A stretch of DNA of 64,000 bases, taken from Hemiscyllium ocellatum (Eukaryota). The translations under genes and the position numbers were made by a program. Of the stretch, positions 39,548 through 52,569 are shown piece by piece. Location: contig NC_083427.1 in assembly GCF_020745735.1 (NCBI RefSeq), positions 1,767,438-1,831,437 on the forward strand. The letters are read 5' to 3'. The notes beneath the pieces were generated by a model. That model saw only the letters and a list, made by a program, of their open reading frames with translations, did not search any database and was not told the DNA's origin. Positions within the stretch are counted from its first letter, which is position 1, and every line of letters begins with the position of its first letter.

Positions 39548-42500
39548 AATCTCAACATGAGCTACAAACGTTGCGAAGTATCAATTATTTCGTGGAAATT
39601 CCTTTCCTTTCAATTAATTCTGGGAATTCTGCTTTTTAAATGAATCTTGCATGTCTAAAGTATATCTGTTTTGTAGATTTTTTTTAGAAAGGGATATGGG
39701 CTTCGCCTACTGAGGCAGCTTTCTTTTCGTTTCAACAAAGTCAGCGTACAATGCACTTTACCCTATAAGATATGATGTAAACTGACTCTGTTCTTCATTA
39801 TGATTTCGCAATTCTATTGTAGTTATTGGCAAGTTGTACCAAACCCAACGTTCAGTCCGACATGCAGTTTTATAAAAAAAAGTTACAACCTCTAGCTGCT
39901 CCACAGGGTTCATTAGTTCTGCCTTTCCTTGACTGTCTTTCATATTACTGGGAAATTGTATCCTAACTGCATCTGATTTACATTTTTTTAATAGACCTAA
40001 TCTTCGCATATCCACGTACATATGCAGCATTCAAATACCAATTCCGTCAGGTGGGCTGTAAGGCCATTCCGACAAAGGCAATTATTCATTCCAGGGAATT
40101 GTCAGGTAACCCTTATCTGAACGGCCTCTGATGCATTTACAGCTCATGTAACTGAGATGACCAATCAGACGCACCACAGAGTCCAGGAGGAATCTTTTAT
40201 GTATCTGGTTTGTCTGAAAAAAAAAAGCTTCTGCACATTCCCGTCCAGTTTCCTATTTGACAAATCACATCATTATTTTAGTTTTCTTAATTATCTGCTG
40301 GCCAGATGTGCTTACGTCAAGTGATCCATCCTTTTGGACACCATCGTCTTTCTGCAACTGAGAGTTGCACAAAATGTCATCATTTTGATTGTTCTTTTCT
40401 GTTCCTCTTGCGAGATATTCATCCCTTTCAGCAAATTACTACATTGCACGTCATTTACCGTGTTCTTATTCACACGTGGCAAGATATTCTTGGAATTTAA
40501 TTGGCCCTCTGATGACTTAATGTCTCTTTTTATTTTTGAGAGTTTGTTATGTTTGGCAAACGGAGCATGTCCCACTTAATCCAACACATAAATTACGAAC
40601 AGTTGCAATTCCTCCAACAGTCCCTCTGGCGCACCACTTGCCAACCTTAGGATTACTCCTGCACACCTACTGTCAGTTTCAGCTGTTCTCCTGTCCATTT
40701 CAGTATTGCACAGTCCTCTGTCTTTCGTTATCCACTATCAACTTTGATTTGGCATATTATTGAATATTTATGGGAAATCAGCACGCACTGCAACTGATGA
40801 TTCCCCTTTTATCCAGTAGATTTCTTAAACATGATTTGCCGTTCATAAAGTCGTGATTTCTTTGAACTTGTTCAGTTGCACGTTATTTTAAACAGCTTCT
40901 AACATTGCAAACTGACTTGTGCCATTTCTTGCTCGCTGTCTCAAAATGTTTTGACAAACTTGTTAAATGTGATGCATTGCAATTCTAAAGGATCTTCCCA
41001 ACATTGGAGATGAACTGCAACAGTTAACACAAAATGTCAGTTATTTGAATGACATTTTCACTTTGGACGCAGGGATAATGTCATGAGGGGACAGGCAGGT
41101 CTCGGCCCGCAGCTGCAACTATTTAGGCAGGACCTTTTCTCTGTTGCATGTCATTTCCCTGCTTTTGCTCTTCCTTTGATTTACCGATTAATTGCAGTTT
41201 CTAGAATGCTGCTTGTATTCTCTGTCATGAAAACTATTAGAAAATAAATGTTCTATTTACTTCTTCTCTGCTGCGTTTGACAGCATGATGTGTCAAACAT
41301 CCATTTCTTGCATGACTAACTTTCACTTTGTAAATTATTTTATTTTCGAAGAAGTTACAGGACCTAATCCTCTCTCTTTTTTTTTAACTCACTGGTTAGC
41401 TTCCTATCATATTCTGATTATTCAATATTTTTTCTTAATTTTCAGACTTTGTTTCCGAACATTTTAATATTCTGTCTAATTTTCTGACTTACCATCTGTT
41501 TATCCACAATCACATACGTTTTCCTGAATGTAGATATTATCTTAAACCACAGAAAGCAGTTCCGAACCTTGGAATATTCCTTACTCTTTGGAATGTACCT
41601 ATTTAAGTGATCTGAAATGTCTCCTTACATGTTTGCCACTTTATCATGTTCGAATTTTCCTCCATCTGATTTTCCAGTTCCCTTCAGCCAGTTCTGATTT
41701 CGTGTCCACAGAATATGATTTTTATTTAAAAAAAGAACCGTTGCCTATCTCTCACATTGATTGTATTATGCAATGGAGTTATTGTTGCTGATCCATAAGA
41801 GCGCCTTTCCACTGAGATAATGAGTTAATCCGATTTTATTCCACCATTGCAGGATGTTCAATATAGGTTGAAAACTTGCGATTCGAATGAATGATTGCAA
41901 GATCTATTTTTATGAGCTGCACACGTGGGCTGTCTTTGCACATCTAACTTTCACAGTTATTTTACAGATAATAGCTAGCATAATGATTTTTTGCTTTTCT
42001 GACAAGCTGTTGCAATGTCTTCCTTTATGTTCTCCCTATTATATTGTTACACATGTTGACCCAAACAATGCTCCCACAACTGACTTCTTGAAATGGCAAT
42101 TTCTCAGCTTTACTCAAACCCATTCCACGGGCTGCTTTTCTGAAATGGGGTCGCCCCTCTCCCTTTCATAAAACAAGAACAGCACACTCTGAAGAAATTC
42201 AGCCTTCCTGGAAGCATTGGTGGAGAGAAATAGACAGAATATGCCTCCAGTCTGATGTGACTCTATGAATGAATTGTAGAACTTGTATAGGTTTCCTACC
42301 CCACCCCTCCCCGTCATTTCTACATCATCTGCACGAATCCAATCTATATCCTCTTGTGGGAAAGATAATGTTGAAGGCCAAGAGTAGTTTCCTCACCTAT
42401 TGGCCTCTGTATATGCTGAATATCAGCATGGACCTCACTAATGGCAATTCGAACTAATGTAACTCTGACACTTTCTGCAAACTATCACAAATTGATGCTT

Positions 42501-43329
42501 TCACACCGCATGACGGAGAAGACATAAGCATATGCGTGAGAACATCAGTGTGCAGGTGGAATCAGTTATTATGTCGGGTATGTTGTTCCCAAGACTGATA
42601 TACATAGTCATTGCCATGGATGTTATTTATAACATTTGATATCTAAATTTACAGCAAAATGATGCAGTTTGTTGACAGTGAGCTTGCTGGAGAACACGGA
42701 ACAGTGATCATGTGTAAAAGATTCAAAGAATGTAATCAACTCAATATTTCTCTCGCGGGTTGATAGCTGCTGCATTCGTGTATTATTTCATTATAAAATT
42801 TCACATGCGATATCTTGTCGTGTTATTGATGACGTGACTGTTGAGTATTGATAGACGTTGGGGATTGATTAGAAGTCAGCGATAGCCCAGTTCATAAAGC
42901 TAAGAGATTGTTAATCTCGGGCTTTTGTAATAGCAAAACCATGGATGTCGTTGAATTTGAACAAATGGAAGAGAAAATATTTTCAAAAGTATTTTCTGAC
43001 TTTGAGATGAAACGTTGATGGGTGAACAAGAAGTGCAATTTAGGATCTGGGCAGCAGAGTTCAGATCAGATTTACTTGAAAGATTTTAAAGATGGGATCC
43101 CAGCATTGAGAATTGCAGAATAATCTAGAATACCTTTGAAAAGCTTGGAATTTCTGTTCTCAGGTCAGCTGAGGTATTTTCGAGAGAGTAATTGATTTGA
43201 TGGAACAAGCAGGTATTCCTGCTGATGGCTGTATTAAGTAGTCTGGTGAGTATAACACGTTCACGAGTAAACACCAACTTGTGAAGAATGTAGTCAGCTG
43301 CATTGGTGTAGAACATATTTGTTCACGTT

Positions 43330-45510
43330 AGCGATGGAAAGGGATAGATATATCGGCCAGGAGTCATATCTGGGGGAGAAGCAACTTTGATGCGATTAGG
43401 CAAGATTTAGGAAGCATAGGATGGGGAAGGAAACTGCAGAGGACCAGCACAATTGAAATCTGGAGCTTATTCACGGAACAGCTACTGTGTGTCCTTGTTA
43501 ATTATATACATGTCAGGCAGGATGAAAGTTGTCGGGCGAGGCAGCCGTGGTTAAGTAACGAATTTGAGTCACTTGCCAAGACAAAGAAGAAGGCTTATGT
43601 TGGGATGAGACGTGAAGTCTCAGTTGGAACACTTGCGAGTTACAAGTTAGCCAGGAAAGACTCAAAGCGGGAGCTAAGAAGAACCAGGAGGGTACATGAG
43701 AGGTCATTAGCGGATGGAATGAGGGAAAACCCTGAGGCTATCATTCGGTATATCAGGACTAAAAGAGTGACTCGAGTAAGATTAAGGGCAATCAAAGGTA
43801 GGAGTGGGAAGTTGTGCGTGGAATCAGAGGAAATAGAGGAATGGCTAAATGAATCTTTTCCGTCAATCTTCACACAGGGAAAATACTATGTTGTTGAGGA
43901 GAATACAGAGATACAGGCCACTAGCCTAGATGGGATTGAGGTTCACAAAGAGGAGGTGTTTGCAATTCTGGAAAGTTTGAAAATAGATAAGTCCACTGGG
44001 CCTGATGGGATTTATCCTCGGAGTCCGTAGGAAGCCGGAGAGGGGATTGAAAAGCTTTTGGCTTTGATCCTGGTGTCTTAATTATCTACAGGAATAGTGT
44101 CAGAAGACTGCGAAGTAGCAAATGTCGTTCCCTTGTTCAAGAAGATGAGTACAGTCAACTCTGGTAATTGTAGAGCAGTGAGCATTAGTTCGTTTATGGA
44201 TGTAGTGTAGGAAAAGATGGTAAGAGATAGAATGTATAATCATCTGGAGTGGATGAAGTTCATTAGGGACAGTAGATACGGTTTTGTGAAGGGTAGGACA
44301 TGTCTCACAAATCTTACTGAGCGTTTTGAGAAAGTGTCAAAACAAGTGGATGAGGGTAAAGCGTTTGACGTGCTGTTTTTGGATTTCAGTAAGGTACTTG
44401 ATAAGTTTCCCACGGGAGGCTATTTCAGAAAATGCAGAAACATGGGATTGATGGTGATCTAGTGGTTTCCATAAGAAATTGACCAGATGAAAACAGACAG
44501 AGGTTGGTGGTTATTAGAAATATTCGTGCTGGAGTTCATTTAATAGTCGTGTATCACGACGATCTGTTTTGGAGGCACTGCTGTTTGTCATTTTTATAAA
44601 TGATCTGGACGAGTGCGCAGAAGGATGGGTTAGTAAGTTTACGAATGAAAATAAGGTTGGTAGAGTTGTGGATAGTGATAAAGAATGTTGTGGATTACAT
44701 AGAGACATAGATAAGCTGCCGAGTTGGGCTAAGAGATGGAAAATGGAATATAATGGGGAAAAGCGTGAGGTGATTCACTTTGGAAGGAGTGACAGGAATG
44801 CAGAGCACTGTGTTAATAGCAATATTCTAGGTAGTGTGAATGCACAGAGAGATGTCGTTATCCATGTCCGTACATCTCTGGAAGTTATCAGCCATGTCGA
44901 TAGGTTTGTTAAGAAGGCATACGGTGTATTAACTTTTATTAATGGAGGGATTGAGTTTCGGAGCCAAGAAATTATGCTGCAGCTGTGTAAAACTCTGGTG
45001 CGGCCGCACTTCGAGTACTGTGCAGAGTTATGATCACTACATTCTAGGAAGGATTCAGAGGCGATTTATTAGAATGTTGCCTGGTATGGAGGGAAGATCT
45101 TACGAGGGAAGGCTGAGGGACTTGAGGCTGTATTGGTTCGAGAGAAGAAGGTTGAGAGGTGACTTAATTGAGACATATATGATAATCAGAGTGTTAGATA
45201 GGGCGAATAGTCAGAGCCTTTTACCTTGGATGGTGACGGCTAGCACAGAGGTCATAACTTTACATTGAGGAGTGACAGATAAAGGACAGACTTCAGAGAT
45301 ATTTTCATTATTCAGTGAATAGTAGAGGCATGAAATGGCCTGCGCGCAACAGTAGTGGAATCGCCAAAGTTAAGAGCATTGAAATGGTCATCGGATAGAC
45401 ATATGAATGAAAATGGAATAATGTAGGTTACATGGGCTTCAGAACAGTTTCACAAGTCGGTGCAATATCGAGGGATGAAGAGCCTGTATTGCATTGTAAT
45501 GTTCCATATT
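43330..45510 (+). mobile_element. Degenerate CR1-clade LINE ORF2 fragment
   Basis: ORFs 43605-44030 (KSTGPDGIYPR), 44217-44462 (GFVKGRTCLTNL), 44569-45033 and 44942-45268. Confidence 0.88.
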
Positions 45511-46918
45511 CTATGTTGTATAAAAAGAAAACGTGGTCTCGTTCCCTGACAGGAATGCTTTAAATTTACGAGTTCCAATCAAAGATTGAATGGAAAGAAA
45601 TCCATTTGTCTGTATTGAGAACACAGGGAATTGTTTTTGAAAAGAAAAACGTCTAAATTAAGGGAAATATTAAGCCATGTCTTTTATGATCAAGATAAAT
45701 GTTAGGTTCAAGGAATTTGGCTCCAGAAGGAGGGAAGTTCACAGAAACAGTGTGTACTTTATACAACAGCAACGCGCGAAACATTTTGAAAGCTAATTTT
45801 AGGAAGAAAATGAGGTTGTGGGAATTAAGAATAAGATTTCGGCTATAAAATAAGCGTGAACTGTTCATTTCTACTCCCTGGTGGAATTCTGACAACTGTG
45901 ATAGAAATCACAGTTCGAAGATGGGGAATTGATCTATGTGTGCTGCCAACCTGTACAACGTGTTGGCGAGAACCGGGGAAACAGTCTGAGGATTCGAACT
46001 GGACCATTTAGGAGAAATTTGAGAAGACATTTGTTCACCTAAAGAGTGGTGAGAATGTGGATTTTATTACCACAAGAAGTAGTTGATACTCATATATTGA
46101 ATGTGCACAACAAGGGGCGAGACGTAGCACTTGGAGGGAACAGGATAAAATGTTGTGGGGAGAAAGCAGGATTAGGCTATTGATTTGGACCATTAGTAGG
46201 ACCATGAAGGATGTCAGAGCTGGCTCGAAGGTCTGAATGGCCTGTTCCTGTTCCTATCTTCTATGTTTCCATTTTTTGATACAGTGGAGAATTTACTTGA
46301 GTAAGAAACAATTTTGCTCCCTCAAGTACTTGAACAAGGCCTCCAGATTCCTTTTGTCTCTGGTGTGTAAACGCACTTCTGTTGACTTGTCAAAACCACA
46401 ATGATATCAAAATGAAAAGATTTCTCAAAATTATTTCCTGATTATTACATGAGATCAAATTGTCTCGTTAGCAACAAATATAAAACAGTTTATCGGAAAT
46501 AAATAATTAATATTTCAATACTTGGTTATTGTTTTAACATAGAAAGAAATGCTTTAAGAAGTAGATGGGACAAGGTTTACGGAGCCGTATACAGAACGTC
46601 GAGTGTCGGAGGCTGAAAGTACATTGATTAGTTTTTGGACAGTTGAAATGAGGAATTCTTCAGAGGTTAGTGCATCAACACAAATGTCTCACAGGATTTC
46701 AGCTCGAGGAAATGATAGAGTTAGAGTTGAGTGAAGCCATTGAGAGGTTGAGTAAAAGGAAGAGAATTCTGAAATCGAGGGATTGCTAAACATGACGAAA
46801 TTATATCACAAAGCAGAGAGCCGGTCCTGCGTACTTGGCCTGAGATTAAGACATTCGCTGCTGAAAATGTGTTGCTGGTCAAGGCACAGCAGGCCAGGCA
46901 GCATCTCAGGAATAGAGA

Positions 46919-46954
46919 ATTCGACGTTTCGAGCATAAGCCCTTCATCAGGAAT
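46919..46954 (-). ncRNA. Second copy of the minimal hammerhead motif (opposite arm)
   Basis: Exact reverse complement of 48922-48957. Confidence 0.75.
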
Positions 46955-47149
46955 GAGAGAGAGTAGCCAAGCAGGCTAAGATAAAAGGTAGGGAGGAGGG
47001 ACTTGGGGGAGGGGCGATGGAGGTGGGATAGGTGGAAGGAGGTCAAGGTGAGGGTGATAGGCTGGAGTGGGGTGGGGGCGGAGAGGTCAGGAAGAAGATT
47101 GCAGGTTAGGAGGGCGGTGCTGAGTTGAGGGAACCGACTGAGACAAGGT

Positions 47150-48659
47150 GGGGGAGGGGAAATGAGGAAACTGGAGAAATCTGAATTCATACCTTGTGGT
47201 TGGAGGGTTCCCAGGCGGAAGATGAGGCACTCCTCCTCCAGCCGTCGTGTTGTTATGTTCTGCCGGTGGAGGAGTTCAAGGACCTGCATGTCCTCGGTGG
47301 AGTGGGAGGGAGAGTTAAAGTGTTGAGCCACGGGGTGGTTGGGTTGGTTGGTCCGGGCGGCCCAGAGGTATTCTCTGAAGCGTTCCGCAAGTAAGCGGCC
47401 TGTCTCACCAATATAGAGGAGACCACATCGGGTGCAGTGGATGCAATAGATGATGTGTGTGGAGGTACAGGTGAACTTGTGGCGGATATGGAAGGATCCC
47501 TTGGGGCCTTGGAGGGAAGTGAGTGTGGAGGTGTGGGCGCAAGTTTTACATTTCCTGTGGTTGCAGGGGAAGGTGCCGGGGGTGGAGGTTGGGTTGGTGG
47601 GGGGTGTGGATCTGACGAGGGAGTCACGAAGGGAGTGGTCCTTGCGGAACGCTGATAGGGGAGGGGAGGGAAATATATCCTTGGTGGTGGGGTCCGTTTG
47701 GAGGTGGCAGAAATGACGGCGGATGATACGTTGTATGCGGAGGTTGGTGGGGTGCTAGGTGAGAACCAGTGGGGTTCTGTCTTGGTGGCGGTTGGAGAAG
47801 CGGGGCTCAAGGGTGGAGGAGCGGGAAGTGGAGGAGATGCGGTGGAGGGCATCGTCGATCACGTCTAGGGGGAATCTGCGGTCCTTGAAGAAGGAGGCCA
47901 TCTGGGCTGTGTGGTGTTGGAACTGGTCCTCCTGGGAGCAGATGCGGCGGAGACGAAAGAATTGGGAATATGGGATGGCGTTTTTGCAGGGGGCAGGGTG
48001 GGAGGAGGTGTAGTCCAGGTAGCTGTGGGAGTCAGTCGGTTTATAATAGATGTCTGTGTTGAGTCGGTCGCCCGAGGTAGAGATGGAAAGGTCTAGGAAG
48101 GGGAGGGAGGAGTCTGAGACAGTCCAGGTGAATTTGAGTTCGGGATGGAAGGTGTTAGTAAAGTTGATGAACTGTTCAACCTCCTCGTGCGAGCACGAGG
48201 CAGCGCCGATACAGTCATCGATGTAGCGGAGGAAAAGGTGGGGGGTGGTGCCAGTGTAGTTGCGGAAGATGGACTGTTCCACATATCCTACGAAGAGGCA
48301 GGCATAGCTGGGGCCCATGCGGGTGCCCATGGCAACTCCTTTAGTTTGGAGGAAGTGGGAGGATTGAAAAGAGAAGTTATTCAGGGTGAGGACCAGTTCA
48401 GTCAGTCGAAGGAGGGTGTCAGTGGAAAGGTACTGATTGGTGCGGTGGGAAAGGAAGAAGCGGAGGGGTTTGAGTCCTTCGTGATGGGGGATGGAGGTGT
48501 ACAGGGACTGGATGTCCATAGTGAAAATAAGGCGTTGGGGACCGGGGAAGCGAAAATCCTGGAGGAGATGGAGGGCGTGGGTGGTGTCCCGAACGTAGGT
48601 GGGGAGTTCTTGGACTAAAGGGGACAGGACCGTGTCGAGGTATTGGGAGATGAGTTCCA
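47150..48659 (-). pseudogene. PLE reverse transcriptase plus GIY-YIG endonuclease (partial, premature TAG at 47755-47757)
   Basis: RT motifs TMDIQSLYTSIP, KGVAMGTRMGPSYA and RYIDD. Beyond the stop: CNHRKCKTC and HIIYCIHCTRCGLLYIGETGR...ERF...HFN...GTLQPQGMN. Confidence 0.9.
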
Positions 48660-48921
48660 CCTGGGAACCCTCCAACCACAAGGTATGAATTCAGATTTCT
48701 CCAGTTTCCTCATTTCCACTCCCCCCACGTTGTCTCAGTCGGTTCCCTCAACTCAGCACCGCCCTCCTAACCTGCAATCTTCTTCCTGACCTCTCCGCCC
48801 CCACCCCACTCCAGCCTATCACCCTCACCTTGACCTCCTTCCACCTATCCCACCTCCATCGCCCCTCCCCCAAGTCCATCCTCCCTACCTTTTATCTTAG
48901 CCTGCTTGGCTACTCTCTCTC

Positions 48922-48957
48922 ATTCCTGATGAAGGGCTTATGCTCGAAACGTCGAAT
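48922..48957 (+). ncRNA. Minimal type I hammerhead ribozyme motif in the PLE arm
   Basis: AUUC-CUGAUGA-A-GGGC(UUAU)GCUC-GAAA-CGUC-GAAU: intact core, 4-bp helix II, helix I AUUC/GAAU, palindromic ACGU helix III. Confidence 0.75.
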
Positions 48958-49239
48958 TCTCTATTCCTGAGATGCTGCTTGGCCTGCTGTGCTTTGACCA
49001 GCAACACATTTTCAGCTGTGATCTCCAGCATCTGCAGACCTCATTTTTTACTCTGAGATTAAGACATTGCAGAAGGTGATTAGAAGACCCAAAGTTAGAA
49101 ATTGGGAGTTTGGTCAGGGATGCATTTTCTAGATTGTACAAATTTGTCTTCATGTTTGAGCAGTAGATAAGCTCACCGTCAAATCAGACAGTGAAGTTAG
49201 ATATAAAAATAGGTGTCTTAACGAGGAAGTTGAGTGGCG

Positions 49240-50150
49240 ACCATTTGGAGGTTCATAAAATCATGAGAACAATGTAAAAGGTAAATATTAAAGTACATTC
49301 CCGAAGGGACATGAGTCCAAATCTAGAATGGATAGTTTTAAGGTGAGATGGAAAAGATTTAAAGGAATCTGTGGTTCAGGGTTTTTTTTGCACAGAGCGT
49401 GGTGTGTATATGAAATGACTTCCAGAGAAAGTGGTAGATGTCGTACTGTAACAAAATTTAAATGATTTTCGGAAGGTAAATGAAGAGGAAATGTTTGTAG
49501 GATATGGACCAAGTATCAGCAAATGAAGAAGGCCCTTGGAATGCTTTCTGTTATTGGTCAGTGCACTGAGTATGAGTTGGTAGGTCATGTGACAGCTGTA
49601 CACGATATTGCTTCGGCCGCTTTTGGAATATTGTCTGTAGTGCTGGTCTCTACAGCTTTCGGAAGAACGTTCTGAAAATTGAAAGACTTCAGAAACGATT
49701 TACAAGGATGTTTCTAGGGTTGAGGATTTGAGCTATAAGAGAACTGAATTGGCTGGGAGTATTTCCCTTGGTGCGTCAGAAGCTGATTTGTGACCATATC
49801 GAAGTATATAACATTATGGATGGTAATGAGAACTTAAATAGACAATGTATTTTCCCCTGTGTGAGGGAGTCCAAAGATGGAGGGTGAAGGATTAAGGTGA
49901 GAGCGGAAGATATGAAAGACTTCTAAACGATAGTTTTTTATCTCACTGAGGATGGTGCATGTATGGATTGAGCTACCAGTTGGAGGTTTGCAAAATTCCA
50001 TGATTCAAATCGCATTTGAATGGGTAAATGAATAATAAGGGTTTAGAAGGACATAGGCCATGTGCTGGCAAATGGGACAAGACTAATTTCAGATATCTGG
50101 TCGGCATGGAAGAATTTGACCAAAGCGTTTGACTCTTTGTTATCAATGAT
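49240..50150 (+). mobile_element. Two degenerate CR1 3' fragments
   Basis: Repeated GAGGTTCATAAAATCATG / GAAGTATATAACATTATG-type blocks and 3' UTR remnants. Confidence 0.6.
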
Positions 50151-50444
50151 TCTATGACCCAAATGTCACATGCTCAATTTAGAAAAACTGTTCAGCGTGG
50201 ACGAATTTGACTGAAATGTTTCTTTCTGCTCCTTGGACTCTATCAGTCGAACAAGTGTGGAGCTCACCTCAAGTTTAAATATGATGCCAACGTTACGAGG
50301 AACCTCATATAGCAACATGATGTTCTGATACAATAATAATATTATTTTTTGGGTATGATTTGAGAGTAATCGATTGTACATGACATCACCGAAACAATGT
50401 AGCCATCTATACACAAGAGAGTAAGTCTTAATTTGTAATTTTAG

Positions 50445-50765
50445 GCATACAGCCTTCTCCACCAGTCATCAGTCTACACTACTCTGCAACTGAAGAACAG
50501 AGGGCAAACGGATTTCTTCAGCTGATTTGTCTCATCACCGGGTACTATCCTGAAAGAATTGCATTGACCTGGCAGAAGAACGGAAATACCATAAGTTCTG
50601 GCGTTACAACTACATCTCCAACGAAAACAGCGACCAATGATTTTAGCTCTACAAGTTTGCTGAAAGTGCCACTGCAGGAATGGAACAGCGGCTTTGTGTA
50701 CAGTTGTCAAGTTTCTCATTCTGCTTCCAATAGTAACCAGAGAAAAGAAATTAGTTCAACATCGG
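50445..50765 (+). CDS. IgNAR: IgNAR C1 exon (GIQPSPPVISLHYSATEEQRANGFLQLICLITGYYP...EWNSGFVYSCQVSHSASNSNQRKEISSTS)
   Basis: AG at 50443-50444, GT at 50766, 321 nt, phase 1/1, C1-set Cys-Trp-Cys pattern. The ORF track shows only the 3' part. Confidence 0.95.
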
Positions 50766-51874
50766 GTAAGAAAACTAAACAAACTCACAAGCTCACATTC
50801 ATTACCATAATCAGTTTTGTCATAAATATTAGACAAGATGGAAAATTATGTTGTTGGTTTATTACTGCGGATGAAGCATTCTTGAATTAGTTGCAGTGAG
50901 TAATATCAATGGGAATTTGTAGTCCAGAGAAATGTTACAGCAAAAATGAGTCGAAATGAACCAGGTACTTAAACCCGCTCTTTCAAAAAGATAGTTGAGA
51001 ATAACCTCTGAAATTATTTCCCTTTGCTCTGTATAGGTCTGACCAAAATAACCAAAGTTCTTGGAAAAAGACAGAGGAAAAAGACAGATATAGAGCCATT
51101 ATGAAGAAAGCAAGTGAATGAGAGAGATTAGTGAGCAAACCTCTTAACTGACAAGTTTAGGCAGAGTTTCTGGATATGCTCGCTATTCAAAATTCTTTAT
51201 ACAACGTGGTAGTCCCCCGCTTTTTCTTATTTTCCGAGTCAATTCAGAGTAGCAAAATAAAGCCTTGACACTGCACACACTTCATCACAAAGGAATCATT
51301 TTGAACAATGCGTATTTCTAAAGCTGTCGCTAGTGAGGATTTAGTATTGTCTGTTGCCGATTGTTGCCATGCAATTGTAGAAAGGATGTATTGTGGTGGG
51401 GTGGGGTGGGGGGAGAGAATGTTCAGAGTAGCTTAGGGGAGAGATAAGTTGTCTGGTGGAACAGAGATAGAAATTTGTTATTGGAAGGGGTGCGACAGAA
51501 ACAACAGGCATGCGCCAATATGTTTATTCGCAACATTTATTATATAGATCATTTTTTAGGCAGGACTTTAAAATACCCATTGGTGATAACGATCTCAATG
51601 ACCTTCTGTGCTTAAAATGCATCGACCATCACGATGTGGTAAATTTTCTCTGTCTCTACCTGTCTTCCTTGCTCTACAACTCTCTTTTATTCCTGTCAGT
51701 TTTTTCCTCACACACAAACAAAACCCAGGACACACGAGAGAGAGAGGAAGAGGGAGAGAGACGGTTGCATTTTTCATCCCTTCCTTGTTCACTGATTTTG
51801 ACATTCTTGTTGCAGTCCTGATTACATCATTGGATCAGGGACCAGAATCTGAATCTCTGATTTCTCTCTGACAG

Positions 51875-52171
51875 AGATAGCTGTATTATTGAGGGATCCA
51901 TTGGTTGAAGAAATCTGGATCAATAAAAGTGCCATTCTGGTTTGCGAAGTGCTTTCAACAGTTGCCAGTGGGGTAGTTATCTCTTGGATGGTGGATGGAA
52001 AGGTGCGGAATGAAGGCGTTGAAATTGAAGCAGCGAACAGAAACCAATATGTGACAATCAGCCGCTTGACTAGCACCGTGGACGAGTGGCAGAGTGGGGT
52101 GGAATACACATGTTCTGCAAAACAGGATCAATCATCACCCGCAGTATCAAAACGAACAAGAATGGCAAGAG
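51875..52171 (+). CDS. IgNAR: IgNAR C2 exon (EIAVLLRDPLVEEIWINKSAILVCEV...EWQSGVEYTCSAKQDQSSPAVSKRTRMAR)
   Basis: Acceptor TTTCTCTCTGACAG, donor G|GTTGGT, 297 nt, phase 1/1, C1-set motifs. Confidence 0.95.
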
Positions 52172-52251
52172 GTTGGTGACAAGAACTATGTATTTGTACA
52201 TGCCATTTTATGAGCGAGGAAATACTAAAAATATATGTACTTCTATTACAG

Positions 52252-52569
52252 TTAAATCAATGAAGCCATATATCCGCCTCCTGCCTCCATCACCAGAAGA
52301 AATTCAGAACAGCAGCTCTGCTACTCTCACATGTTTGCTGAGAGGATTCTATCCTGACAAAATAAGCGTTTTCTGGGAGAAAGATGAAGCTTCTGTCAAC
52401 GAGAACATCACCAATTTCCCCACTGCTCTGGAACAGGACCTGACCTACAGCGCACGGAGCCTCCTCATTTTACCTGCAGCGGAATGGAAGAGTGGCGCAA
52501 AATACACCTGTACTGCCTCGCATCCACCTTCACAGTCCACTGTGAAAAGGGTCATCAGAAGCCCGAAAG
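52252..52569 (+). CDS. IgNAR: IgNAR C3 exon (VKSMKPYIRLLPPSPEEIQNSSSATLTCLLRGFYP...EWKSGAKYTCTASHPPSQSTVKRVIRSPK)
   Basis: 80-nt intron after C2, 318 nt, phase 1/1, donor G|GTAAGG. Confidence 0.95.

Larger units (their letters stand above)
46856..49052 (-). mobile_element. Penelope-like retroelement (PLE), 5'-truncated with inverted pseudo-LTR, 16-bp TSD
   Basis: Inverted arms 46860-47215 and 48660-49016, 36-nt tail 49017-49052, TSD CTGAGATTAAGACATT at 46840-46855 and 49053-49068. Confidence 0.93.

Noticed and set aside
46906-48679. Pro/Ser/Gly-rich overlapping ORFs
   Set aside because: Alternative frames of the GC-skewed Penelope element.
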